Below, one piece after another: positions 25,956 through 37,965 of a DNA stretch of 64,000 bases (its first letter is position 1; each line of letters opens with the position of its first letter). The translations under genes and the position numbers were made by a program. Origin of the DNA: Vicugna vicugna (lineage: Eukaryota); NCBI GenBank assembly GCA_013265495.1, contig MU057632.1, forward strand, positions 666,054-730,053. The letters run 5' to 3'. The notes under the pieces are model-generated. The model ran no database searches. It saw only the letters and a program-made list of their open reading frames with translations, and was not told the origin of the DNA.

Positions 25956-28029
25956 AAACATGTTTACATACATGAGTTGGAAGTTCATTTAAAAGCACGG
26001 GGGGTGGGGTGTTAAGACAAGTGGTCAAAATAGAAAGATACTACCCAATTGGAATCTGTTGCTCGTTGGCCACTAAGACAGAACGGAATCTAGTAGAAGT
26101 GCACCAGTGCCTCGGTTCCTCCTGCTCAGCATGGTGAGTCGTGGTCGATCTGTGCCCCGCGGAGAGACGGGCAGGTGGTTCTGGCTTGTGTAAATAATAA
26201 AGAATTCACCTGGTGCAGGCAGTATGTCTATGGATTGAAACCTAGTGTGTGTATACAGTGTCTACATGTGTTACGGCCCCACAGTAGGAATCTACACCAA
26301 AATATTTATTAGAAGGAATTTGGTCCATACTACATCACGGTTTCCAGAGGGTAAAAAATAAAGTCCATCTATAGACATTTCACCCCAGACTCACAGACCG
26401 AGTCCGGTTGGCTAAAACCTGCAAAATGTCTATAACAAAAATGGATGGCTTAGATTTCTTGGTTATTTCAGGAGAGTAATTAACGAGCAAACTGTACATG
26501 TACATGCAACATACAAGCTGGCCTATGTGGAACTAACATACGTTATTAAATAACCTTTTGTTTCTTTTTTCTTTCTTTCTTTTTTTTTTTTTACAAAAAA
26601 AACGTGCATGCAGCTTTGAACAGTTCCCAGTCATGCTGCTCTATTTGTGTAACCACAAAAGTTGAGTCACTCATAAAAGGAGGGATTGCGGATGGATGCC
26701 CCTGCAGAGCCTGCAGCGGGTAGCACACGGACAGACGGTCACGAGGGAGCTCAAGGCTGAGAAAAACTCAGATGGAGCAAATGCAAATGGAAATGTGACT
26801 TTGTTTTATTCCCCCACCCCCCCGCCCCAGAAAAGTAAGATCCTTTGCATTAAAAAATCAAGCTTTGTGCTTGCAACAATCTCAAAGAAATGTAAACTAA
26901 AATTTGATAAAAATGTGAGTTTAGTGCAGAATACGTCAACTGGAATTTCCAGTGGAATACGGAATGGCTCAGACCATGCTCTTTCCAGGACAGGTGGTGT
27001 GTCAACAATGAGACATGGCCCAGAAGCCTGGGACAGCGGACAGTGTCTTAAGCTCTAATTCATTTCTAGTCACCACTTTGGGAAGTCAAACATACGGTTT
27101 ATACACGTGAGCATGTACTTTTTTTTTCTTGGGTATCAGGAAGGAGAAGGCATTATGAGGAGTGTTTCTGAAGTACAATTATGTGTTAATTTTAGTTCCC
27201 AGCACTAGCCACTGACCGACTTCTGTAAAAGTCTTCCATGCAAAACAGTGGAAAACATAAAATACCGTTGCAGAATGCAAAAAGATATGCTCTTCATTCA
27301 AAAAAAGTGACTCTGTGATTTATTTGTTTTTGGAAGATAACTTTCTGTTATCTGGGTTTCTCCACATAAGACTTTGAAGAACAATAAAAGGAAAACCAGC
27401 AAAACCCCTGCTCGGCCTCACCTTGTCCTTACACATGTTGGGGAGATGCTGCAGAGACCACTTCAGCCCTTTTTTTTTTTTTTTTTTTTTGGTGCTTTTG
27501 GGAAAAAAAAAGGGTCTCTAGAAACATTATGAGGCCTTATCATGACAGACGAAAACCAGTGGCAATCACAAATACAATGAAAAACAAAACAGAACAAATC
27601 AAGAAAGCAAAATCAACAAACACCACACGAATAAACAAGAACTTCTTAAACATCAGGGAAGTAACACTGCTTGTGGTTTGTGCAGAAACACGTAAAATAT
27701 AACTTTTCAGGGAGGGAGAGTTTCCAGTTTGTTCAATCTGGGGTGTCTGCGTGTGTGTGTGTGAATTTGAGGTTTCCTCTCTTTCTTTGTTAGAAGCATC
27801 AGTGATTCTCATGAGCACATTGACTCTTCCTGTCATGTGATAGACTGCCTTGTTCTGTCCTATGAAGCCAGGTTTGAAACAACGATTGGGACATAGTATT
27901 GAAAAACTACCACAGGCAAAACACAAGTTGATTGTCTGTCTCCAACAATGCTTTGATCATGAAATATCTGGTTCAGATTATTATCCTGAAAGATAAGAGT
28001 CTGACTGGACCGACTCTGGTGTGAGTTCA

Positions 28030-28248
28030 CTAGGATCGGATGCAGGGAGGCCCAGTTGAACTTTCCAGAGATGATTGGGAAGCCCGGCGGGTCAGGGGAG
28101 TGAGGGTGGGGTCGACTAGTGATGACGGTGGAAACAATTTGTACCAGCCAATGACCATACTGGACAGATCGAGCTCTTCCAATAAGATCTGAGCCACACC
28201 CATAAAGCATTTATGGTCCATTCTGCCATAGTCTCCCCAGACAATCAC
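28030..28248 (-). CDS. RIMS1: RIMS1 last coding exon (end of C2B domain and C-terminus)
   Basis: Translates VIVWGDYGRMDHKCFMGVAQILLEELDLSSMVIGWYKLFPPSSLVDPTLTPLTRRASQSSLESSTGPPCIRS*, recognised as the RIM1 C-terminus (RIM2 ends differently). Acceptor AG at 28250-28249, stop TAG at 28032-28030, phase 0. Confidence 0.97.
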   Translation of the reverse strand: MIVWGDYGRMDHKCFMGVAQILLEELDLSSMVIGWYKLFPPSSLVDPTLTPLTRRASQSSLESSTGPPCIRS

Positions 28249-28329
28249 CTGCAGAGACAGAGAAAGGCAATGACACCAGAGCTTCTCTCTCCTTCACATT
28301 TGAAGAGTGGACAGCAAACTGTTCCATAA

Positions 28330-28593
28330 AAGGTAGGGAGGGGTAGATTGGGAGCTTGGGATTAACAGATACACACTACTACTGCATATAAAATAGATTA
28401 ACAACAAGGCCCTCCTGAATAGCACAGGGAGCTATATTCAATTTCTTGTAATAAACTATAATGAAAAAGAATATGAAAAAATATGTATGTATGCATGTAT
28501 ATGTACAAGTGAATCACTTTGCTGTGCACCTGAAACTAACATTGTAAATCAACTACACATCAATAAAAAATAAGAATTAGAGAAAAAAAAAAA
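28330..28593 (+). mobile_element. L1 3' UTR fragment in the last RIMS1 intron
   Basis: Shared L1 3' end with A tail. Confidence 0.85.
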
Positions 28594-28859
28594 GTGGGCA
28601 GTCGGGGAAGGAGAGGAAATTAATACAACTAAGAATAAGGAGGCATAACATAAAAAGATACTAGCATTCAGGTGCTCGAAGAGAAACACACAATCCTTTT
28701 TAAGATTTGATGGAATGCGAATAATATTTCCCCGGTCAATGAAAGGTATTACCTAAAGAAACTATGTTAAAAAATAAATACACAAATTTATTTATATATA
28801 AATTCAACACCTTTTTTAGCAACTACTACCTAGTAAGTAATGAGCAGGGCCACAGAGAA

Positions 28860-29010
28860 TTTATAATTAAATTCAGTTAGTTAAAATTAAATCAAGTTAA
28901 AATGTATTAAGTTAATTAAACTAAAAATTAAATGAATTAATTTAAAAAATTAATTAAAATTGAATTAATTTAATAAATGTTTAATTAAAATTACAATTAA
29001 AAATTAAAGT
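28860..29010. repeat. AT-rich low-complexity tract of AATT/TTAA units
   Basis: Seen directly. Confidence 0.8.
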
Positions 29011-29734
29011 TTTTGCAAGCTAGCAGGGCGAAACCACTCAAGTCAGAGTCGATGGAGTGTGTGTATGTCAGGGTATGTTTAAAGAATGAGACTACTCATT
29101 AAATTTCTTTTACACTATGGACTTATTAGTGAAGGTGCAGCTTGACGATAATGGTAAGCTGGTGCCTTCTGAGGATCTGCCTGACAATTCTGACTTGCTC
29201 AGAAGATGAATAAGTCAGTGAGCTCACCAAGTGACCACAGTCTGAGTCGACTCCCTTGATGTCAGACACACAGTCCACTCCACTTAATCCCAGGTTCTAG
29301 TTCCAATCCGTTCGTTCCCCATAGAGGGTCGCAAATGAACTCATTCACCTGCTTGACCCAGGCAGGGATGGTGAATCCTGACTTTTCAATTTACTGAGTA
29401 ACTTTGCCAAATGATTTAATCCTTGTGATCCTCAGATGGCATCTTTGAGGTGGGGATAATGGTGGTCAAAACATTTAGAAAAGGTTATGTATGTTAGCAG
29501 CTAACAATGTATCTGATGTTCAGCCAGTCCTGAATATCTGCTGGTCTTTTCCTTCCTCTTTATAGCTCTCGCCTGACACGTAGTAACGCTCAATGAACTA
29601 TTTTTAGCATCAGCTGCCTTGATATGTGTACATATGTATGGAGAAGAGGGAAGGGGTGGGAAATAGAGCAAAAGGAGGGGAAAGTGAAAATAAAAATCTT
29701 GTTTTTTGTTTGTCTACCAGACATTTTTTTGTGT

Positions 29735-30138
29735 GGGTTTTTTTTAACCTTTTTAGGGGGTCACTTTACAATGTTGCATCAATTTGTGGTGTACGACATA
29801 CTGTTTCAGTAACACATATACATACGTGTATTCTTTTTCATGTTCTTTTTTATTATGGGTCACTACAAAATATTGAATATAGTTCCCTGTGCTATACAGA
29901 AGAAACTGTTGTTTATCTCTTTTATATACAGTTGTTTGTATCTGCAAATCTCCAACTCCCAATTTATCCCCTCCCACCCCCTTACCCCCGATAACCGTAA
30001 GTTTGTTATCTATGTCAGTGAGTCTCTTTCTTTTTTTGTAAATAAGTTAATTTGTGTCTTTTTTTAAGACTCCGCATATAAGTGATACCATGGTATTTTT
30101 CTTTCTCTCTCTGGCTTACTTCACTTAGAATGATGATC
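29735..30138 (-). mobile_element. L1 3' fragment
   Basis: Reverse of the shared L1 3' end. Confidence 0.85.
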
Positions 30139-30327
30139 ACCGCCACCAGGTATTTTTAACATTACACACTATTTGGATAGCAAATTAACATTTTTTTTTC
30201 TACTCAAGGATCTTATACTATGTTTCTCTGCACTGAACTTTACTCTCTTTGTGTTTGACCATCCTTCAATGTTTATGTAAATAACGTGCCTATTACAATG
30301 CAAACATTCAAACAAGCTATTACTGAC

Positions 30328-30467
30328 CTGAAGGACTTTACCCTGGGGACTTTCGTCAAAAACCAGGGACTGTTGATACAAAGGATCAAGGGTTTTTCTT
30401 GCAATTCTTGTCTTCTTCTTGGCTATGCAGGCCCCATTTTCCAAAAGGTATACTTTGACATATGGAG
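30328..30467 (-). CDS. RIMS1: RIMS1 penultimate coding exon (C2B)
   Basis: 140 nt; (A)PYVKVYLLENGACIAKKKTRIARKTLDPLYQQSLVFDESPQGKVLQ. Acceptor ttcag, donor GTCAGT. Phases fit both neighbouring exons. Confidence 0.97.
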
Positions 30468-31097
30468 CTGAACAAAGGTAACATTGACATATAAGAAGTT
30501 AATCCCTTAAGTTAAATTGATTTTATTACAAATGCTTTATGAGAGTAGAGATGCTTATGGAGAGTTTCCCACTGATTATTTAAATCACTTAAAAATGTCA
30601 GTGCTCCATAAATTCTGTCCCTTAAAACCCATATGTTAACCACAAATGCTACTTTCCTCATTTCAAGTAAATGCATGCAAAATTATCATAAGATTTTGAC
30701 TGACTTAGTTTATGACTGGCAACATAATAAAGGTTTATGTCTTAAAGCTCTTTTTATATCTAAAAGCTCATCCTTTTTACGATTAGAACTCAGTTTTTTT
30801 TCCCTGAATGTGTAAATGTGCAGCAAAAATAACTGACACACGGTAAGAAGCAGTCATAACTAAAGTCGTCTTAGTATGACAATGCTTCTCCTAAGACTTT
30901 CTGACAATGATTGTGCAAGGAAAACCCAGGTCCACTTTTATACAATCAACATAGAAAACATAGAAAAGCTGCCTTTTTAATCAATCAGATAATGCAGAAC
31001 AGAGCACATGAAAGTCAAAGGCAGTGAATGTTTTGAGTTTTTGCCTTTTTGCCCATGTAGGATTCTCTCATACAAATTCAGTAAGACCACTCCTTAC

Positions 31098-31199
31098 CAG
31101 GTGTAGATTTGGAACCAGGTTTTTGCGTGAGGCTCCGTGCTCTAATAACTTCAACTTCTAATTGGCCCTTTTTATCTTCCATTCCGATCTGTATATCAC
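31098..31199 (-). CDS. RIMS1: RIMS1 coding exon (start of C2B)
   Basis: 102 nt; (G)DIQIGMEDKKGQLEVEVIRARSLTQKPGSKSTP. Acceptor cacag, donor GTAAGG. Not in the ORF track; read manually. Confidence 0.96.
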
Positions 31200-31679
31200 C
31201 TGTGAGTGGAGGGGAAGCAGAACGTTTTCCGCTTCTTTGCCGTTACACGCGGTTAAAAAAAGAGAGGTCTGTAACAGACTCCAAAGTACGATTTTTTTTT
31301 TCTTTCGCTGCTTCCAAATCAGGTTTTGAAATGTTTCTCTTCCCTTTTTTGATACTCGTCCAACTTATATAAGTTGCTTAATTATAATAATGCTGAAATA
31401 TTTAAGTGATTCCTGTACTCACCAGAAGGATCCTTTATGTCATCTAGTGTATAATACTTCTTAACAAAAAAGTGTCATTATCTGTATTTCCATTATTTAG
31501 AGAAACCCATCATTAATGTTTTGGTAAATATCTTAGTAATTTCATAAATTCTTCCCTCCTCATCGCCCTCTCTTCTTTCCTTCCTTCCACCTTTATCTGT
31601 CTGTCTGTCTATCTATCTATCCATCCATCATCTATCTACCTAGTCCCCACAGCCCACTAAGAATGTTATTACAATATGC

Positions 31680-33560
31680 CTACTTTTTGCCAATCTGACA
31701 CTCAAAAAGTTATAATTAGCGTTTTTTGATGATGAGGGAGGCTGAACATATTTCTAAGTATTTTCAATTTTTATTCCTTCTTATGTATTGCCTGTTCATG
31801 TCCTTTGCCCATTTTTGCAAGTTGTTCAGCTTTTTCTGAAGGATATGATACTTTATTCCTGAAAATGTTGAGTAGGATGACTTCTAAGTTAGTTTTAGTT
31901 GGTTGAATCACCTCCATTTTCTTAGTTGGGAATTCCTTTTATTTGCCCAGTTCATTGATCAACATCATGCTTCTGGATTGTTTATTAGTTTTATAATAAT
32001 TCTGTTTCAGATTTTAGCTCCTGGGTTCCTTGGGGCTTTTGTTTTTGTTTTAATCACATAAATACATGGTTTAAAGAATCAAACTGTTCTGTAAGACTTG
32101 TTATTAGTATAAAATATTCCAGCCTCACTCTCTCTCAACATCTTGCATTCCAAAGGTCCCTGCTTTCAAAATTTTCAGTATTTTAACCAATTCATTTTTT
32201 ACTTTTTGGCATTTGCATCCCTATCTCTAAATACTATACTTGTAAGATAGCTTCCTTTTTTTTTTTTTTTCAGTTTTGGGTACTATTAGTGACTTCTAAT
32301 TTCACTCTCTCTCACTGTCTTCCTACCCCCGCTGTATACTTGACATCTTCTGTCATCCCATCCTTCCACTATTAATATTTATATTATGACTATGTAACAT
32401 TGCTTATAGCTGAGTGAACTGGAATACTGTGATCATTTCCCATTTCTAGGACACTCTTCCTTTTCCCCACACCTAAGAAGTGTCTTTTAAAAAGCATTTG
32501 CCTACATCTTTATGCCCGTGTCACGAGTTCCACCCCTTACTCTCTCCTGGTTGTCTACCTCTTCCATTAGGCATTCTATAGATTCTATCTTATGACTTGG
32601 ACATGCGACAGTTTGGACAAGTTGCTTTTAAAGCTTGCTGAAGCTGTTCTCTCCACATTTTCCTTCACTACCATTTTGGGTAACTCAATCATGTCTCTAT
32701 TGTACTGAAGCATTTATTTACTCGATCTCATATCCTCTTTTTCAGTTCACAGTTTTTTAAGTTCACTTAGTTCATTTTGTGGAAGTAGATCCTCTAATAG
32801 CTTTCTGAGCAATGATGGGAATGAGGAAAACACTTTGAGACTCTTCTTGTCTGAGTATGTATTTATTCCAGCCTCAAACTTACTTGATGATTTAGCTGCC
32901 TGTTGTACTCAAGGTTGGAAACCACCTGATCCTCAGAATTTAAGATGATGCTGAGTAGTTTTCTGGCTTCCAGTGTTATGATTGAAGAGTCCAATGAGAA
33001 TCAGATTTTTAATAGTTTGTACAGGATTATTTTCCTCTTAGGAAACTTTCAGGAGTTCCTATTAATTTCTGGTGCTGCAAAATTCCACAATGATGTCCTT
33101 GTGTTGACCTATTCTTACGGATTTTGCTGAGTTCTCTCTGGGTTCTTTCAAGCTGGAATCTCATGTCCGTTCAGGGAAATATTTATTGCACATGTTACAT
33201 AAAATTTTCTCAGTTCATCATCTTTTTAAACCATCATTTATGGTATATTTTGCCAGTAGAAATTTTTGATTTATCTGCCTCTGGGTTGGAAGTTCTGTCC
33301 CACTCCATAAGTACAGAAACATTAATGTTTTTCAGTATTTTCTAATGTCTTTCTTCACCCCATTTCTCTTTTACAATTGAGTCCAAAATATTATTTTTTT
33401 TAAGTTCTGAGGTAGGGAGGTAATTTTCTTTCTTCTTTTTTTTTTTTTTTTTGCATCAACACTATGCCAACATCCTTTACTGGATAAACCATCATTTTTT
33501 TCACACTATAAAATGCTACCCTTCTCCTCCATTTGGATCTACTGTAGACTTTCTATCTTA
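31680..33560 (-). mobile_element. Probable ancient L1M fragments
   Basis: T-rich degenerate sequence with L1-like phrases ('ttgcctgttcatgtcctttgcccattttt'); boundaries uncertain. Confidence 0.4.
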
Positions 33561-33775
33561 ACAGAATTTTGAGAATTCAAAGATTGACGCCTAACTTCAT
33601 TCATTTTGCGTAATGCCTCAAATTAGAAAAATGCATTAGAAATCAGATTAGTCCCTTGAACCCAACAACACCTAAGCTAACATGTTGCTTCTCGCTTGTA
33701 TTCCTATTCTGCTACTTTTAAGTGATCTCGTCAACCATGAAACATCAGTTTCCCCACAGAGAAAATGATTCTTAC

Positions 33776-33888
33776 CCATTGCAGGGGTGGCGAGGGTTTG
33801 GCGGCCAACGAGCTGGGCTGGTCCCAGTCCATCAAGAAAGTCGCTGAATTGACTATCCGCTGCTAGCCGTACTCCAGGGAATATCAAG
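33776..33888 (-). CDS. RIMS1: RIMS1 coding exon (conserved RIM segment preceding C2B)
   Basis: 113 nt; (N)LIFPGVRLAADSQFSDFLDGLGPAQLVGRQTLATPAM. Acceptor catag, donor GTAAGA. Confidence 0.96.
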
Positions 33889-34800
33889 CTATGAGCAAAA
33901 GGACATAAATTAAAACACTAGATCTCCTGGAATTCTTTTCACCAGTTTCCATTAGACTACTAATTCAGATTGTGTATCAAACAGTGCTTAGGCAATCGGT
34001 TCACTTACTGATTCTCGGCAATGCCTCTGAACCAAGCATCTGAGGCTCAGCGCTGATGGAGAAAAGGTCTAAACTGCCAGTGGAAGATCTACCATTCTAT
34101 CCAGGAGGCCCCGTGTAGTTTCTAATGTAGTAAATTTTCTGGACACTTTACAGATACAAACCCCTACATAAATGTCTCACTGAGATAAGATATTCGGTAT
34201 GAATTTTTACATCATGAACTACATAAATAATTACTCATGAGCATCAAGTAACATGAGTGCTAAGTTTTAAAAAGCGGCCAGTAATTTTTTAAAATAAATA
34301 TGATAGCCTCGTTCAAATTCTTATTTCCAAACCAAAATGTTTAATTTCATTTGTGAGTGAACTAAAATTTCATGTCATCTGAGATTTTTAATTAGTTCAA
34401 ATAGAAATGAACCGGTTAAAGTATGTCTGTTTCTCACCACACCTCAGCTGCCTGAAACCCCTAGGCTGCACCCTCCTCCCCCAGAGCAGGGACTGTGCCT
34501 GTTTGCTGATGTTCCCTGGTAACAGGAACCAGGCTGGCTACATTGCTGGGCTTCAGTAAGTAGTTTTCGGAATAAACAGATTTCTACAAAGATTGATGGC
34601 TTCCCATGGGCTTTCACACGTATTTCTTCACAACGAAAGGAATGAGCCATGGTATCTGTTTTGATCCCATTCAGAGACTATAAGATAAATCAATGAGAGG
34701 TTAAGTGGCTTATCCATGGTGGAGGTAAATATTACTGGATTTGTTAACTGTCTTTTTCTAGGAAGCACTATATAAATATTTATTACTATTATCAGGGTTA

Positions 34801-34880
34801 TTTTGGTTTTTTTATTGAAGTATACAGTCAGTTTACAATGTGTCAATTTCTGGTGTACAGCACAGTGATTCAGTCATACT
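34801..34880 (-). mobile_element. L1 extreme 3' fragment
   Basis: 'tttattgaagtatacagtcagtttacaatgtgtcaatttctggtgtacagcacagtgattcagt'. Confidence 0.8.
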
Positions 34881-35995
34881 GAATTTGTTACTTGTCATAT
34901 CAGAAAATAATGCCTCCAGTCTTATTTGCACATGGCTTTGACATCTCAGCAGATACTGGTTTTTCATCAGCAAGTTTAACTCCGTAACATGCCTGCTGAT
35001 CTTTGTTCTTAGCTATACCTTGCTGGGAGTATGCACACCAGCCACTTCATCACATAAAGGGACTCGCAAGTTTCAGGAACAGGAAAGCAGATTGTGAACA
35101 TTAACCTGGCATAATTTTATTTCATTTTTGGAACAAAATAGAAAAATGCCAGTAAAATAAAATCAGCGATTCATATTAGATTGGCATAAGATACCTGAAT
35201 GGTAAGAAATAAATAATGATGGGAAACTTGTGCAAGGTCAATCCCGATTAATCTACTGCAGAATAATAATTACTTATTTGTAAGCTCTGTCACCTCTGTA
35301 AATGTTCAGTAGGAACAGAGAAATTCTCAAGCATAGGAAAATGCAGGTTTTCTGCAAGGCATATGTGAAATGGTAAAAAGCACACCAAGTAAACAAAAAT
35401 CTAGTTACATATATTTTTTACAATAAATTCATTTCAGAATTAACTAAAATGCTTTAATCAGGAAAACAATGAAGGAGATAGATCCTGGGCTTTTCCCCTA
35501 AGGTAAAATTGAATTAGTGATGTTTTGAAAACAAGACAATTTAAGTGGTTATTATGAGATGGTTAGACTTACAACAACTTAGAGCCCAAACAGTTTGGAG
35601 ACAAGTAAGAACATGGGAAATTAGCTCCTTATTTCTAGACTTTAATTCAGATTTTGACAACTGAGCCAGATAGTGAATTTTTCATATGAAAGAATCCATT
35701 AAATGTGGCGTTTCTACAATAAGCATCCAGGAATGGACTTTTCTGAGCTCTTTTGGATGACAGAATTTAGTTATGCATGTTGACCCACTATTTCTTCATC
35801 CTTCTTAAAGGTCTGCCTGACCCGGTGCAGAGGTGTGTCCTTGTGTGTGTGCCCTAAGAGGTTAGGGTGTTTGTGGTTGAGCTTCTGGTTAAATAAAGAA
35901 GCTGCGTGACCACCCCTGGTGGCTTTGGTGTTCCACCTGTGACCCCGTGATGGGTCCTTGGCCCTAAGCCATAGGGATGTGCTGACGTCACTTAC

Positions 35996-36134
35996 TTTCC
36001 CTCGGAGCTGTAGCTGTTGATGCTGCCGTCAGTGGACTCCCGACTGGGCTGCCGCACCATCTTCCTCATCTCCGCTGCCATGCCTGTCTCTGTACTTCTC
36101 TGGATGGTACTTTTTAACTTCTTGTGGCCTGACT
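35996..36134 (-). CDS. RIMS1: RIMS1 coding exon
   Basis: 139 nt; (E)SGHKKLKSTIQRSTETGMAAEMRKMVRQPSRESTDGSINSYSSEG. Polypyrimidine tract plus cag acceptor, donor GTAAGT. Upstream coding exons lie outside the window. Confidence 0.95.
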
Positions 36135-37387
36135 CTGACGGGAGAGAGTGAAAGAAACTCTAAGTTTGTCTTAGACAATTTCCCCCCTGGATAGCGACTG
36201 ATTCTGCAAATACAAAAATAGCTCATGAAGCATGGAATTACAAATTTACTCAGAAAAACGGCATCTAGGAGAACAATCTGATGACTTAAATCTCTTTGCC
36301 AAAGTCGGCTTTGGCCAAGGAGGGTAGCAGCAGAAGGCAGAACCCTGCGCAGATCCAGAGACTGCCTGAAACTCAGTGAACCAAGACGAGCCCACTGAGT
36401 TACTCCTACGGAAGTCGTCAACGTCCGTGAAACGCTGGATTTTGCACTGAGCCATTATGTGGAACCTAATTCATTTCCCCTAATCTGAAACACTCCAAAT
36501 GTGCGGGAACAGATCTAAATCAGTGGGTCACGTCCTTTAAAGAAGAGACACTTGGATCCCAACATGAAAAACACCACTGTTTTGGTACCACCGGGTATCT
36601 GCAGGTCTCACAGAAAGAGCAGTCTTGTATGTAATGATTTTTGCAACACCTTAAATACATGATCTTGTGGGGGGCGCCACAGAGGTTACATATGTAGATT
36701 ATCTTAATTCCAAGACTACACAGCTATGCACAACATTTCGACTCAGCTGCAGGACTTCTGACCGGCAGTTGTGGGGGTGAGCATGTCTTTGCACTGTGAT
36801 TGATCTTGGCTAACCATTTTCCTGATAAAACTCTAAGTTCAGAGCCACTCCCTTGGGCCCCTTTGAAAGGCACTAGCCAGCATCCTCATCATAGCACGGA
36901 TATGGAAAATTCTAAAACATTTATCTGATTAGAACAAAATTAAAAGGTTAGCCAGACTGCTACACTTTTCCCACCTGACATGATTTTTCTGTCTACCCAT
37001 TCTATCTGCATTTCTTGTTTTTTTTCTTTTTTTTACATAGTATCCTTTAATACTCATGAGTAATATACGAAAATGTTCTATATACATAACCACATACATA
37101 AACTACATATATATACACATAAACTTCTCAATCTTCATATAACCCCTGTGACAGGATGCCCTCCAAACATGCCCAAATAAACCCCATGAAAGCTGCACGT
37201 CTTCCTCTGTTTTGGTCACCTTTTGTTAACTGTCTGATAAGATATTAATCAGTTATACTATACGGACTTGGTGCTGAATAATCTCTACATAAGAGCCATG
37301 CTGATTTCATAAACATGTAAATTTGAAGATGTCACTCCTGTGCTCAAGATTTGTAATAGTTTATTATCAAAATTAAAAGAAAATCAA

Positions 37388-37965
37388 TTTATGACAGCAC
37401 TATTTACAACAGCCAAGAGATGGAAACAACCTAAATGTCCACTGACAGATGATTGGATAAGGAAGTTGTGGTACATTTCTACAATGGAATACCACTCAGC
37501 CATAGGAGAGAATGAAATAACGCCATTCGCAGCAACATGGATGGACCTAGAGATCGTCATTCTAAGTAAAGTAGGCCAGAAAGAGAAAAAAAAATTACCA
37601 TATGATATCACTTATATATGGAATCTAAAAAAAAAAGACACAAATGAACTTATCTACAGGATAGAAACAGACTCACAGACATAGAGAACAAATTTGTGGC
37701 TTCTGGTAGGGAAGGGGGAAGGGAGTGGGGAAGGATGAATTGGGAGTTTGAGATTTGCAGATACTAACTACTATACATAAAATAGATAAACAACAAGTTT
37801 ATACTGTATAGCACAAGGAACTCTATTCAATATCTTGTACTAATCTATAATGAAAAAGAATATGAAAAGAAATATATGTATGTGGATGTATGACTGAAAC
37901 ATTATGTTGTGCACCAGAAACTGACACAACATAGTAAACTGACTATATTTCAATTAAAAAAAAGA
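37388..37965 (+). mobile_element. L1 3' fragment
   Basis: ORF2 C-terminal peptide TAALFTTAKRWKQPKCPLTDDWIRKLWYI...; 3' UTR and A tail. Confidence 0.9.

Larger units (their letters stand above)
25650..28029 (-). other. RIMS1: RIMS1 3' UTR (approximate distal end)
   Basis: Sequence after the stop codon with no recognised interspersed repeats, running to AATAAA signals at 25955-25950 and 25677-25672. Repeats resume at ~25350. Confidence 0.7.

Noticed and set aside
27540..28210. 128-aa and 116-aa minus-strand ORFs over the last exon and 3' UTR
   Set aside because: Alternative-frame or UTR ORFs with non-ATG starts and no recognisable domains.
36298..36315. Small hairpin gccaaag-tcgg-ctttggc upstream of an acceptor
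   Set aside because: A 7-bp stem is expected by chance in 64 kb; no further support.
36029..36421. 130-aa minus-strand ORF overlapping the RIMS1 exon
   Set aside because: It is in a different frame from RIM1, runs through intron sequence and has no recognisable homology.
37340..37684. ORFs with 'WKQPKCP...W' peptides (also 1685, 13032, 44246, 62196)
   Set aside because: Remnants of the L1 ORF2 C-terminus in 5'-truncated, disrupted copies.
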